Shown: in pieces, positions 36,244-46,396 of the stretch
Layout of the letters: each line of letters starts with the position of its first letter
How positions within the stretch are numbered: position 1 is the stretch's first letter
The notes under the pieces: generated by a model
Database searches by the model: none
Seen by the model: the letters and a program-made list of their open reading frames with translations, nothing else
What the model was told of the DNA's origin: nothing
Program-made: the position numbers and the translations under genes
Assembly (NCBI GenBank): GCA_949295785.1
Contig: CASFMJ010000110.1
Coordinates: 1,313-65,312, forward strand
Length of the DNA: 64,000 nt
DNA from: an uncultured Bacillota bacterium
GTDB taxonomy: Bacteria > Bacillota > Clostridia > Peptostreptococcales > Anaerovoracaceae
Reading direction: 5' to 3'

Positions 36244-36783
36244 ATGACAAATCACACAAATCATAATCATATCAGAAATCTGGTTCTTTCAGCATTATGT
36301 CTTGCAATAGCAATGTTTCTGCCGTTTCTTACAGGTCAGATACAGACCATAGGAAATATGCTGTGCCCTATGCATATACCTGTATTTCTTTGCGCATATA
36401 TATGTGGATGGAAGTGGGCTGCAGCTGTAGGCTTTATTGCTCCTTTCATCAGATACTCCGCATTCGGTATGCCGCCTATAATGCCCATAGGTATAGGCAT
36501 GGCTTTTGAGATGATGACTTACGGACTGGTGGCGGGAATACTTTACAAAGTTCTTCCCAAAAAAAACGTGAACATATATGTGTCCCTTGTCATATCAATG
36601 ATAGCAGGAAGAGTAGTATGGGGAATCGCAAGACTTATTATATCAGGAGTCGCTTCCGGACAGTTTACCTGGCAGATGTTTATAAGCGGAGCTGTGCTTA
36701 CCGCCATTCCCGGAATCGTATTACATATCATACTGGTCCCTATTATTGTGATAGCTCTACGCAGAGCAAGGCTTATTCAATAA
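36244..36783 (+). CDS. ECF-transporter S component-like membrane protein (substrate unknown)
   Basis: 179 aa with ~6 hydrophobic segments and RBS AGAGG. The pattern is typical of the ECF_trnsprt family. No adjacent ECF A/T genes are present. Confidence 0.6.
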   Translation: MTNHTNHNHIRNLVLSALCLAIAMFLPFLTGQIQTIGNMLCPMHIPVFLCAYICGWKWAAAVGFIAPFIRYSAFGMPPIMPIGIGMAFEMMTYGLVAGILYKVLPKKNVNIYVSLVISMIAGRVVWGIARLIISGVASGQFTWQMFISGAVLTAIPGIVLHIILVPIIVIALRRARLIQ

Positions 36784-36818
36784 TAAGCAGGGGTTTTAAA
36801 TAATCCTATAAAAAACAG

Positions 36819-36848
36819 AAATGGCCGGCCATATGCCTGCCATTTTTT
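36819..36848 (+). terminator. rho-independent terminator
   Basis: Stem AAATGGC(c)GGC / GCC(t)GCCATTT followed by TTTTTT. Confidence 0.6.
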
Positions 36849-36869
36849 GTTTGGCAGGGCGTTAAAGTA

Positions 36870-36898
36870 TTGAAAAAGACACTGTTTTGTAATATAAT
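36870..36898 (+). promoter_or_regulatory. sigma-A-type promoter candidate for aspartate kinase
   Basis: TTGAAA, a 17-nt spacer, then TATAAT. It lies 45 nt upstream of the ATG. Confidence 0.55.
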
Positions 36899-36943
36899 TA
36901 AACGGTTAGATACATAAGAAATTGTTATAGAAAGGAACTCCTG

Positions 36944-38272
36944 ATGGGTATAAAAGTGGCAAAGTTCGGCGGATCCTCCGTTGCTGACGGTATCCAGCTG
37001 ACAAAGACCAAGCGAATAATAGAAAAAGATCCGGACAGAAAATATATAGTGGTATCTGCACCGGGAAAGCGATTTGAAGGTGACAACAAAATTACGGATC
37101 TTCTTTATCTCTGTAAGACACATATAGAGCATAATCTGCCATATGATCAGATATTTCAGGTGGTGGTTGACAGATACATGGCTGTGGAACTTAATCTGGG
37201 TGTAGACGTGGATCTGGTTATGCATCTTGACAAGATAAGGGAAAATCTGAGAAAAAATCCAAGCGCTGATTATATTGCCTCAAGAGGGGAATATCTGAAT
37301 GCCATACTGGTTGCGGCATTTTTAGGATATGATTTTGTAGATACCGCAAATCTGATAAAATTTGACGCCAAAGGCAGAGTCAAGATAGAAGAAACGGACA
37401 GATTGCTCAGAGAAGAACTTGCAAAACACGAAAGAGCCGTACTGCCGGGATTTTACGGTTCCACTGATGATGGGGAAATCAAGACTTTCTCAAGAGGTGG
37501 TTCAGATATAACAGGCGCCCTGGTGGCAAGGGCCATCAACGCAGACGTATATGAGAACTGGACCGATGTATCCGGCTTTCTTATGGCAGATCCAAGAATA
37601 GTTAAAAATCCCAGACAGATTAAAACCATATCATACAAAGAACTTAGAGAACTTTCGTATATGGGAGCCAGTGTTCTTCATGAAGATGCCATATACCCTG
37701 CAAGACTGGCTAACGTGCCAATCAACATAAGAAACACTAACATACCTGCAGATCCGGGAACTTTTATTACTGCCGAAGTCAGTGAGTCGGAAGAAGATGA
37801 CGGAATAATAACAGGTATAGCAGGAAGCAAAGACTTTACAGTAGTTGCTCTGTATAAGAACATGATGAGCAGTGAACGGGGATTTGTAAGACGAATACTG
37901 GGAATTCTTGATGATTATGATATAAATTTTGAGCATCTGCCAAGCGGTATTGACACCGTATCTGTGGTAATGTCTGATAAGGCTCTTAACGGAAGGCTGG
38001 ATGAAGTCGTGGAGGCATTCAGACAGAGACTGCAGCCTGACAGCATAGATGTATTTGAGAATATGGCTCTTATAGCTACAGTAGGCCACAGAATGTCATA
38101 CAGGCCGGGAGTTTCGGCGAAACTTTTTAATGCATTGGGTAGTGAAAAGATCAATATCCGTATGATAGATCAGGGCTCCAGCGAGATGAATATCATAGTG
38201 GGTGTTGAGAATAAAGATTTTGAAAAGGCTATAAAAGCAATTTACAAAGCATTTGTGGAGGAGGAGCAGTGA
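36944..38272 (+). CDS. aspartate kinase
   Basis: 442 aa. It has the VAKFGGSS motif, the amino-acid kinase fold, and two C-terminal ACT-like segments. Confidence 0.9.
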   Translation: MGIKVAKFGGSSVADGIQLTKTKRIIEKDPDRKYIVVSAPGKRFEGDNKITDLLYLCKTHIEHNLPYDQIFQVVVDRYMAVELNLGVDVDLVMHLDKIRENLRKNPSADYIASRGEYLNAILVAAFLGYDFVDTANLIKFDAKGRVKIEETDRLLREELAKHERAVLPGFYGSTDDGEIKTFSRGGSDITGALVARAINADVYENWTDVSGFLMADPRIVKNPRQIKTISYKELRELSYMGASVLHEDAIYPARLANVPINIRNTNIPADPGTFITAEVSESEEDDGIITGIAGSKDFTVVALYKNMMSSERGFVRRILGILDDYDINFEHLPSGIDTVSVVMSDKALNGRLDEVVEAFRQRLQPDSIDVFENMALIATVGHRMSYRPGVSAKLFNALGSEKINIRMIDQGSSEMNIIVGVENKDFEKAIKAIYKAFVEEEQ

Positions 38273-38886
38273 TGAAAAAGCTGGTTACTATAAGCCGTGA
38301 ATACGGTAGCGGCGGCAGGATAATAGGAAAACTGCTGGCTGAAAAGCTGGATGTGCCGTTTTATGATAAGGAAATCATAGATATGGCAGTCGAGGAAAGC
38401 GGTTTTTCAAGAGAGATGATAGAAGGCGCAGAACTTAAAGCTAAAAGCAGCTTTGCATATAATCTGGCGTCGGCACTCAATTTCAGCGAAGGGATGACAT
38501 CCAGCCCTCTTTCTGTAAATGAAAAACTGTTTCTTGCTCAATTTCAGGTAATAACTGAAATAGGTAATGGCGGCGAAGGTGTTATAGTGGGCAGATGTGC
38601 AGATTATGTGCTCAAAGATATGCCGGGAGTGACCAATGTGTTTATTCATGCTGAAATGGAGGATCGGGTTAAGAGAGCTATAGAAGTATACGGTGATGAC
38701 AAGAATAAAATTGATAATATTATAAGCACATACGATAAGGCGAGACAGAACTATTATAATTATCATACATGCCAGAAATGGGGAGAATATAAAAACTATA
38801 ATCTGGCAATAAACAGCAGCTATATAACAGAAGAAGAAGCAGCTATGCTTATTAAGAATTATGTGGAAAGAAGGACTTACAGATGA
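38272..38886 (+). CDS. cytidylate kinase-like family protein
   Basis: The start overlaps the aspartate kinase stop and follows GGAGGAGG. It contains ISREYGSGGRIIGKLLAEKLDVPFYD. Confidence 0.72.
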   Translation: MKKLVTISREYGSGGRIIGKLLAEKLDVPFYDKEIIDMAVEESGFSREMIEGAELKAKSSFAYNLASALNFSEGMTSSPLSVNEKLFLAQFQVITEIGNGGEGVIVGRCADYVLKDMPGVTNVFIHAEMEDRVKRAIEVYGDDKNKIDNIISTYDKARQNYYNYHTCQKWGEYKNYNLAINSSYITEEEAAMLIKNYVERRTYR

Positions 38887-39047
38887 AGATTGGTATAACT
38901 GACAGTAAAAAAACCGTCCCATCAGGGAAGTTAAAAGGCAATGCTATTCTTACGGGTATAGGTATAGGACTTGCTGCAGCAGTGGCGCTTTCTGCTGCGG
39001 CTACAGCAGCTGTCAATAAAGCTGCAGAAGCAAAGAAACAGAAATAA
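38883..39047 (+). CDS. small Ala-rich membrane protein (54 aa), not in the ORF track
   Basis: ATGA overlap with the upstream stop. The sequence is MKIGITDSKKTVPSGKLKGNAILTGIGIGLAAAVALSAAATAAVNKAAEAKKQK. Confidence 0.3.
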   Translation: MKIGITDSKKTVPSGKLKGNAILTGIGIGLAAAVALSAAATAAVNKAAEAKKQK

Positions 39048-39094
39048 CAAGATAACTGCAGCGGTGTTTGCCGGTACGGAAAGGACAGGATAAA

Positions 39095-41029
39095 ATGGCA
39101 AAAGATAAAGGAACATATTATATAACCACGCCCATATATTATCCCAGTGCGAATCTGCACGTGGGACACACATATTGTACCGTTATGGCCGATGCCATGG
39201 CAAGGTTCAAAAGGCTGTGCGGATATGATGTTCATTTTCTTACGGGAACAGATGAACACGGACAGAAGATAGAAACTCTGGCTGAAGCTAAGGGCGTCAC
39301 CCCTCAGGCGTATGTTGATGAAGTAGTAGATGGGATAAAGAAGCTGTGGAAAACAATGGAGATATCCTATGATGACTTTATAAGGACCACAGAGCCGCGC
39401 CATGTAAAACGGGTTCAGAAAATATTTATGAAAATATATGAAAATGGAGATATTTACAAGGGAGAGTATGAAGGACTCTACTGTACTCCATGTGAATCCT
39501 TCTGGACTGAGAGCCAGCTTGTAAACGGATGCTGCCCGGATTGCGGCAGGCCGGTTCAGGCAGCAAAGGAAGAAGCGTACTTTTTCAGATTATCTAAATA
39601 TGCCGACAGACTGCTTGAACTCTTTGAAAAGAATCCTGAGTTTCTTCAGCCTGAAAGCAGGAGAAATGAAATGACATCCTTCATAAAACAGGGCCTTGAT
39701 GATCTGTGTATATCAAGATCTACATTTGACTGGGGTATTCCTGTGCCTGTTGATGAAAAACATGTAATATATGTCTGGCTGGATGCGCTGACCAACTATA
39801 TAACTGCTCTGGGATACCCTGATGAGCCGGAGCTTTACAACAAGTACTGGCCTGCTGATGTTCATCTTGTTGGTAAAGAGATTGTCAGATTCCATTCCAT
39901 CATATGGCCGGCCATGCTTATGAGCGCGGGCCTTCCTCTTCCTAAGCAGGTGCTGGGACACGGATGGCTTCTTCTTGGAGGAGAAAAGGTATCCAAGTCA
40001 AAAGCTGCCAAGGCAGGCGATGTGGTAGATCCTGTAGTGCTGATAGACAGATATGGAATAGACGCTCTCAAGTATTTCCTTCTTCGTGAATATACTTTTG
40101 GTCAGGATGGTGTTTTCACCAATGAAGTAATGCTTAAGCGCATGAACTATGACCTTGCCAATGATCTTGGCAATCTTGTGTCAAGGACAGTATCCATGAT
40201 AGAAAAATACTGCCAAGGCATCGTGCCTGAAGCTACCACACGGGACAATTTTGATGAAGAACTGAGAGAGACGGCCACAGGCGCTGCATCAAAAGTTGAA
40301 GCACAGATGGATAAGTTTGCCTTTAATATGGCTCTGGAGGAAATCTGGATTCTTGTAAGGCGTGCCAATAAATATATCGATGAAAAAATGCCGTGGACAC
40401 TGGCAAAAGATCCTGAAAAAAAGGCTGAACTTGATACAGTTATGCATAATCTTGCTGAGGCCATAAGAATAATATCAATACTGATTGAGCCTTTCATGCA
40501 TACCACCTCTAAGGAAATCAGAAAGCAGATGGGACTCTGGTATTGTGATGCCCTTTGGGAAGATGCGTTTGTTTTTGATAAGATGAACGGAGAACAGGTG
40601 AAAAAAGGTCCTGCCATTTTCCCGAGACTGGACATAGAAAAGGAGCTTGAGGAACTGGCCAAATTGAGACCTGAAACAGCAGAACCTGCTAATATACCTC
40701 TTGAGCTCAAGCCGGAAATCACTTTTGATGATTTTGACAAGATAGACCTGAGAGTAGGAACCATCGTAGAAGCTGAAAAACATCCAAAGGCAGATAAACT
40801 TCTGGTATTCAGCGTAAAGATGGGCACAGAGACAAGGCAGATAATAAGCGGTGTCGCACAGCATTTCACACCTGAAGAAATGATAGGAAAGAAAGTTATA
40901 GTTGTTGCAAACCTTAAACCGCGGCAGCTTAGAGGAATGGAATCCAAAGGAATGCTGCTGTTTGCTGAAAACGGAGAACGTCTTGAGATAGTTACCACTG
41001 ATGCAGCTGACGGAGAATCGGTAGGCTGA
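39095..41029 (+). CDS. metG: methionyl-tRNA synthetase with a C-terminal tRNA-binding (EMAP-like) domain
   Basis: Starts at the ATG at 39095. It has the HIGH motif (ANLHVGH), the KMSKS variant KVSKS, the zinc knuckle CTPC...CPDC, and the C-terminal block DLRVGTIVEAEKHPKADKL. Confidence 0.95.
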   Translation: MAKDKGTYYITTPIYYPSANLHVGHTYCTVMADAMARFKRLCGYDVHFLTGTDEHGQKIETLAEAKGVTPQAYVDEVVDGIKKLWKTMEISYDDFIRTTEPRHVKRVQKIFMKIYENGDIYKGEYEGLYCTPCESFWTESQLVNGCCPDCGRPVQAAKEEAYFFRLSKYADRLLELFEKNPEFLQPESRRNEMTSFIKQGLDDLCISRSTFDWGIPVPVDEKHVIYVWLDALTNYITALGYPDEPELYNKYWPADVHLVGKEIVRFHSIIWPAMLMSAGLPLPKQVLGHGWLLLGGEKVSKSKAAKAGDVVDPVVLIDRYGIDALKYFLLREYTFGQDGVFTNEVMLKRMNYDLANDLGNLVSRTVSMIEKYCQGIVPEATTRDNFDEELRETATGAASKVEAQMDKFAFNMALEEIWILVRRANKYIDEKMPWTLAKDPEKKAELDTVMHNLAEAIRIISILIEPFMHTTSKEIRKQMGLWYCDALWEDAFVFDKMNGEQVKKGPAIFPRLDIEKELEELAKLRPETAEPANIPLELKPEITFDDFDKIDLRVGTIVEAEKHPKADKLLVFSVKMGTETRQIISGVAQHFTPEEMIGKKVIVVANLKPRQLRGMESKGMLLFAENGERLEIVTTDAADGESVG

Positions 41030-41119
41030 TAAAACAGGATAAATAAAGGAGGCAGAGAGCGCCAAAAGCGTCCTCTGCCTCTGCCATATAAAAGACAAGG
41101 AAAAGGAGCATGCAAAATA

Positions 41120-41950
41120 ATGTTTGATTCACATGCACATATAAATAATGACTCGTATACCGATGAAGAGCGAAAGACGCTGATAAATGAAATAGAATCT
41201 TCAGACCTGTCATATGTGATGGATATAGGATTTGACCTTGAAAGCTCAAAGCTGGCAGTTTTACATGCGGAAAGATTTCCATGGTGCTATGCTGCAGTGG
41301 GGATACATCCTCATGATGCACAAGCTATGGATGAGACAGTTCTTAAAGAAATAGAGAAACTGGCAGGTGAGGATAAAGTAAAGGCTATAGGAGAAATAGG
41401 CCTTGACTTTCATTATGACAATTCGCCCAGAGATGTACAGGAATACTGGTTCCGCCGTCAGATACAGCTGGCTAATAAATTGCACATGCCTATAGTCATA
41501 CATTCAAGGGATGCAGATGGAAAGACCATGGATATATTAAAAGAGGAAGGTGCTTTTTCAGAAGAAAGATGCGGATGGTTCCCTCCGCGGAGAGGTAAAA
41601 ATCATGAAAAGTATGGTAATAGGGATGCAAGAGTACTTCTCCATTGCTTCAGCGGAAGCAAAGAACTGGGAATGGAATATATCAGACTCGGAGCCACTTT
41701 GTCCATAGCAGGTCCTGTGACATATAAAAATAACAGAAAAACAACGGAGGTTGTAGAGGCTGTTCCTGTTGAATATCTGCTGGCTGAGACCGATTCGCCT
41801 TATCTGACGCCTGTGCCTTTCAGAGGAAGGCCAAATAAGCCTGTATATGTTGAGCATACAATCAGAAGAATCGCACTGATAAAGGGTATTTCCTTTGAGG
41901 AAGCATCAGCAGTGACCCTTGAAAATGCAAAAACTTTTTTTGGAATCTGA
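41120..41950 (+). CDS. tatD: TatD-family metal-dependent hydrolase/DNase
   Basis: 276 aa. It contains FDSHAHI, GEIGLDFHY, VIHSRDA, LHCFSG and ETDSPYL. Confidence 0.9.
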   Translation: MFDSHAHINNDSYTDEERKTLINEIESSDLSYVMDIGFDLESSKLAVLHAERFPWCYAAVGIHPHDAQAMDETVLKEIEKLAGEDKVKAIGEIGLDFHYDNSPRDVQEYWFRRQIQLANKLHMPIVIHSRDADGKTMDILKEEGAFSEERCGWFPPRRGKNHEKYGNRDARVLLHCFSGSKELGMEYIRLGATLSIAGPVTYKNNRKTTEVVEAVPVEYLLAETDSPYLTPVPFRGRPNKPVYVEHTIRRIALIKGISFEEASAVTLENAKTFFGI

Positions 41951-41991
41951 TATAATAATTGCTATGACGCATATTCTGACATTATTTGCGG

Positions 41992-42687
41992 ATGCGCCAT
42001 GATAAAATTGGCATCATGGAAAAGAAAAAAATTAAAAGTATAAAACAAGGGCGCTTTATGGTATCTGCCGCTGCATCGGCAGCAGGAGATTCTGCAGCCT
42101 GCTTTATGTTACCTGACGGAAATATGGTATTCATACTGTCTGACGGAATGGGAAAAGGAGAGAAGGCCGCAGCGGAGAGCGGTGCTGCGGTGGCAAAGCT
42201 GAAGAAACTCCTGAAGAGCGGGCAGTCTGTGTCAGCTTCTATAAAAACGCTGAACAGAATATTGATAGAACATAGTGGTGAAGAAGAGAATTTTGCCACA
42301 ATAGATCTGACGATAATAGATAAGAACACAGGTAAAGCCAGATTTTACAAAATGGGAGCATCCGCTTCGTTTGTTGTGAGAAAAGGCAGAGTGCGCAGGA
42401 TACAGCGGCCGGCTCTGCCTGTAGGTATTATTCCCACAATAAGATCTTCATGCATTACAATAGGCCTTGAGCCGGGGGACACAGTTGTAATGCTGTCTGA
42501 TGGTATCACAGAAGCTGACAGGAATGATCTTTCATGTATGTGGTTAAGATCATTGTTACGGGAAATGTGCGCGTCAGAAAATACCGGTCCCAGAATAATG
42601 GCAGAGGCTATAGCGGCAGAGGCAAAGTCAAGATATGGCTGTCGTGAAAGAGACGACTTGACAGCACTTGTAGCAATGATACAATAA
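41992..42687 (+). CDS. SpoIIE-type PP2C phosphatase domain protein (stand-alone)
   Basis: It contains GDSAACFMLPDG...FILSDGMGKGEKAAAES and MLSDGITE, typical of the SpoIIE/PPM fold. The start is uncertain (41992, 42016 or later; weak RBS). No TM region is present. Confidence 0.65.
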   Translation: MRHDKIGIMEKKKIKSIKQGRFMVSAAASAAGDSAACFMLPDGNMVFILSDGMGKGEKAAAESGAAVAKLKKLLKSGQSVSASIKTLNRILIEHSGEEENFATIDLTIIDKNTGKARFYKMGASASFVVRKGRVRRIQRPALPVGIIPTIRSSCITIGLEPGDTVVMLSDGITEADRNDLSCMWLRSLLREMCASENTGPRIMAEAIAAEAKSRYGCRERDDLTALVAMIQ

Positions 42688-42769
42688 GGATGACAGTATA
42701 TTCCATATTTTATATGAATAATGTAACGAAAATGTAATCAGAGAATTCAGGCAGCAGAAAATATTATTT

Positions 42770-44269
42770 ATGAAAAAAGAAGTTTTACAGACAATAAATC
42801 GTCACAACATGCTGGAAAAAGGGACACACGTTGTTATAGGCCTTTCAGGAGGTCCTGATTCTGTGTGTCTTTTTAATGTAATGAGGCAGCTTTCACATGA
42901 AAAAGAACTGACCCTTTATGCAGTTCATATAAATCACGGTCTCAGGCCGGTGGCAGCTGATATGGATGAACTCTATGTAAGGCAAATATGCAGTGAAGCA
43001 GGTATAAGCTGCAGCGTACACAAAATTGACTGTCTGGCGAAAGCCAGAGATGAAGGGATAACTTCCGAGGAAGCAGGAAGAAAAGCAAGGTATGAGGCGT
43101 TTAACCGAGAGGCCCAGAGAATTCATAACCAGCTGGGCATAGACAGGGAGAAGATAGTTATTGCACTGGCACATAATGCTGAGGATCAGGCAGAAACCAT
43201 ACTTTTCAGAATAATGAGAGGAACAGGTACAGACGGACTTTCCGGCATACCATATGTGAGAAAAGATGAAGGGGGATACAGAATAATCCGGCCTCTTCTT
43301 GATATCCGTAGAAATATGATTGAAAGTTATTGCCGGCAGGAAGGACTTATGCCGAGAACAGATCATACCAACAGCGAAAATATTTATACCCGGAATAAAA
43401 TCAGAAATATGCTTATCCCGTATATTAAAGAGAATTTTAACGAAAATATAATAGAAACCGTAAACAGACTTGGAAAGGTGGCCGCTGAAGACAGAGATTA
43501 TTTTGAAAGAGAGGCGGAAAAAGAGTTTGCTTTTTCACTGGTGGATGACTCTGACAAAAAAATGTCCGTAAAAACCTATGATAGAATAGTAACTCTTAAG
43601 ACAAAATATTTACGGACACTTCACAGAGCCGTCAGAATAAGAGTATATACTAAGGCTCTCAGGACTGTGGGAATAACAGATAATATCACATACGCTCAGA
43701 TGGAGGGCATAGATCGAGTCCTCCAGTCTGAAAGTCCATCTGCAATGTACAATCTTTCTGATGGGACAAAAGTCTTTAGAGAATATGATAGGCTTAATTT
43801 TGTGTCCGGTCGCAATATCAGTGCCGGTATAGAAGACTGCAGTATATTATCATCTGATATGACTGTAAAGGGAAAATCCGTAGATGGCTGGAGTCTTTAT
43901 GAGACCACAAGAAAAGAGGCTGAAGAGATACAGAGAAAATCGCACTGGCAGGTGGGTGTTTTTTCGGGAGTAACTCTTGATCAGCTTGCCATAAGGACAA
44001 GAGAAAAAGGTGATATAATCAGGCTCAAGGGAGGAACGAAGAAAATACAGGACTTTTTTACAGATAAAAAAGTGCCGAGAGCATACAGAGACAAGCTGCT
44101 TCTTTTAGCAAAAGGCAGCGAGATTCTGTGGGTCTTGCCTTCGGAATTTTTCCCGGAAGAACCACTTAAAAGCAAAGGCAGGTTTTCTGTTTTGTACAGG
44201 GTGGAACCTGACAGGGAGCAAAGCACACAATGTGCGGAAGATAATGTAATTATCCTTGAAAAATTGTGA
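42770..44269 (+). CDS. tilS: tRNA(Ile)-lysidine synthetase
   Basis: 499 aa. It has the PP-loop SGGPDS and a C-terminal TilS substrate-binding block (GGTKKIQDFFTDKKVP). Confidence 0.9.
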   Translation: MKKEVLQTINRHNMLEKGTHVVIGLSGGPDSVCLFNVMRQLSHEKELTLYAVHINHGLRPVAADMDELYVRQICSEAGISCSVHKIDCLAKARDEGITSEEAGRKARYEAFNREAQRIHNQLGIDREKIVIALAHNAEDQAETILFRIMRGTGTDGLSGIPYVRKDEGGYRIIRPLLDIRRNMIESYCRQEGLMPRTDHTNSENIYTRNKIRNMLIPYIKENFNENIIETVNRLGKVAAEDRDYFEREAEKEFAFSLVDDSDKKMSVKTYDRIVTLKTKYLRTLHRAVRIRVYTKALRTVGITDNITYAQMEGIDRVLQSESPSAMYNLSDGTKVFREYDRLNFVSGRNISAGIEDCSILSSDMTVKGKSVDGWSLYETTRKEAEEIQRKSHWQVGVFSGVTLDQLAIRTREKGDIIRLKGGTKKIQDFFTDKKVPRAYRDKLLLLAKGSEILWVLPSEFFPEEPLKSKGRFSVLYRVEPDREQSTQCAEDNVIILEKL

Positions 44270-44332
44270 TTTATGTGATAAAATATAGCAACATATTTGT
44301 AGAAAAAAACAAAGTTATGAAAGGGGAAAATC

Positions 44333-46396
44333 GTGAAGCGATTTACAAAAAACATATTGGTTTATGTCATTCTCTTTGCTGTGGTACTTGGTGCGGCAAG
44401 CCTCTATAAGGGAGCAAACACCGATAAGGTAGAGGTGAGAGAAGTGGCACTGTCTACATTTGTCCAGTATCTGGAAGATGAGAAGATCAAAGAGATAAAT
44501 GTGACAGATACTAAACTTACAGGAACTATAAGCGATACCGAAGTGGTTTATACTTACGTTAATTCACTGGTAGAGCTTACTCTTATAAATGAACAGTATC
44601 TTTTCCCGCAGATGCAGGAGGGAACTCTGAAATACGAAAGCGATGCACCTAATAATGTGGGTTCTGTATTGTTCAGTATATTACCTACAATTTTTGTGGC
44701 AGGTGCTATAATATTCCTGATATATTTCATGATGAATCAGGGCGGAAACGGAAAGGCATTCCAGTTTGCAAAATCCCGCGCCAAAATGGTAAAAGGAAAT
44801 GAAAAGAAGGTTACCTTTGCCGATGTGGCAGGTCTGGATGAAGAAAAGCAGGAACTGGAAGAAGTGGTGGACTTCTTAAAATATCCCAGAAAATACAGAG
44901 ATCTTGGAGCAAGAATACCCAAGGGTATATTGCTTGTAGGACCTCCGGGAACAGGAAAGACATACGTGTCAAAAGCGGCGGCAGGCGAAGCCGGAGTACC
45001 GTTTTTCACCATAAGCGGCTCTGATTTTGTGGAGATGTTTGTAGGCGTGGGAGCCTCCAGAGTAAGAGATCTGTTTGATCAGGCAAAGAAAAATTCACCT
45101 TGTATTGTTTTCATAGATGAAATAGATGCTGTAGGCCGTAAAAGAGGAGCAGGAATAGGCGGAGGCCATGACGAAAGAGAACAGACTCTGAACCAGCTTC
45201 TGGTGGAAATGGATGGATTCGCTGAAAATTCAGGTATAATAATACTGGCAGCAACCAACAGACCGGATATATTGGATCCGGCTCTTCTGAGACCCGGAAG
45301 ATTTGACAGGCAGATAGTTATCGGAGTACCTGATATCAAGGGGCGTGAAGAAATCTTCAAGATACACAGCAAAAATAAGCCTCTTGCCGATGATGTTACT
45401 CCGGCCGTTCTGGCCAGAAGAACTCCAGGCTTTACACCTGCGGACATAGAAAACCTGCTTAATGAGGCTGCCCTGATAACTGCAAGAAGAAACGGGCGCT
45501 TTATAAGGATGGAAGAAATAGAAGAAGCCATAACAAAGGTTATAGCAGGACCTGAAAAGAAAAGCAGGGTTATAAGTCCTAAAGAGAAAAAACTCACTGC
45601 CTATCATGAAGCAGGACATGCCGTTGTTGCCAGATGTATCCCTGACAGCGATCCTGTGCATCAGGTGACTATCATTCCTAGGGGAAGAGCCGGTGGTTTC
45701 ACCATGACACTTCCAAAAGAAGACAAAAGTTATGAGACCAAAAACAGCATGAAGAATGCCATAGTCCATCTTCTTGGAGGGCGTGTGGCAGAAGCACTGA
45801 CTCTTGATGATATAAGTACAGGTGCCAGCAATGATATAATGAGGGCAACAGAAGTGGCTCGTGACATGGTTACAAAATATGGTTTCAGTGAAAGACTGGG
45901 AACCGTAAGTTACAGCAATTCAGAAGAGGTATTTCTGGGTAATGATTTCACAACTCACAAGAATTATTCTGATGAAGTGGCACGTGAAATAGATGATGAG
46001 ATAAAGAGAATAATAACTGAGGCCTATGCTGAAGCAGAAAAACTTCTCAAAGACAATATGGATATACTTACCAGAGTGGCAGAAGCACTGCTGCTGGTAG
46101 AAACCATAGATGGACAGCAATTTGAGGATCTGTTTACAGGCAGGTATACTGCAGAACAGCTGGCTGAGAATGTAAGAGTCTCTGAAGAAGAAAAGAAGAA
46201 GAGAGACAGGGAGGAAGCAGAAGAAAACGAAAGAATCCGCAAGGAAGAAGAAGAACGTCTTAGAGCAGAACTGGAAAAATATGATACAGATTATATGTCA
46301 AGTGAAGAAGATGCAGAAGAAGTGCATAATTCAGTGATTGAAAATGATGATACTCCAGTTGATGAGGAAGTGAAAAAAGATGAAAGTGACATTTAA
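44333..46396 (+). CDS. ftsH: ATP-dependent zinc metalloprotease FtsH
   Basis: GTG start after AAAGGGGA. It has two TM segments, Walker A GPPGTGKT, the SRH, and the HEAGH zinc site. The C-terminal ~80 aa form a highly charged tail. Confidence 0.96.
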   Translation: MKRFTKNILVYVILFAVVLGAASLYKGANTDKVEVREVALSTFVQYLEDEKIKEINVTDTKLTGTISDTEVVYTYVNSLVELTLINEQYLFPQMQEGTLKYESDAPNNVGSVLFSILPTIFVAGAIIFLIYFMMNQGGNGKAFQFAKSRAKMVKGNEKKVTFADVAGLDEEKQELEEVVDFLKYPRKYRDLGARIPKGILLVGPPGTGKTYVSKAAAGEAGVPFFTISGSDFVEMFVGVGASRVRDLFDQAKKNSPCIVFIDEIDAVGRKRGAGIGGGHDEREQTLNQLLVEMDGFAENSGIIILAATNRPDILDPALLRPGRFDRQIVIGVPDIKGREEIFKIHSKNKPLADDVTPAVLARRTPGFTPADIENLLNEAALITARRNGRFIRMEEIEEAITKVIAGPEKKSRVISPKEKKLTAYHEAGHAVVARCIPDSDPVHQVTIIPRGRAGGFTMTLPKEDKSYETKNSMKNAIVHLLGGRVAEALTLDDISTGASNDIMRATEVARDMVTKYGFSERLGTVSYSNSEEVFLGNDFTTHKNYSDEVAREIDDEIKRIITEAYAEAEKLLKDNMDILTRVAEALLLVETIDGQQFEDLFTGRYTAEQLAENVRVSEEEKKKRDREEAEENERIRKEEEERLRAELEKYDTDYMSSEEDAEEVHNSVIENDDTPVDEEVKKDESDI

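Noticed and set aside
36784-36943. Expected lysine (L-box) riboswitch upstream of aspartate kinase, and likewise upstream of the LysO-like gene (59772-60420)
   Set aside because: The leader is only ~45 nt after a good promoter, and no L-box conserved blocks were seen. The region upstream of the GNAT-LysO unit also shows none.
41047-41082. Hairpin GAGGCAGAG / CTCTGCCTC after metG, considered as a terminator; its 5' arm contains AAGGAGG
   Set aside because: No T run follows and no start codon lies at a suitable distance from the SD-like sequence. It is probably an intercistronic stabiliser, which is not enough for a feature call.
40147-41115. 322-aa minus-strand ORF (and 40475-41098) antisense to metG
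   Set aside because: It is a Ser-rich, low-complexity shadow frame fully inside the well-supported metG gene, with no RBS. The same reasoning applies to 31748-32635, 21067-21663, 244-876, 60706-61182 and the other long antisense ORFs in the track.
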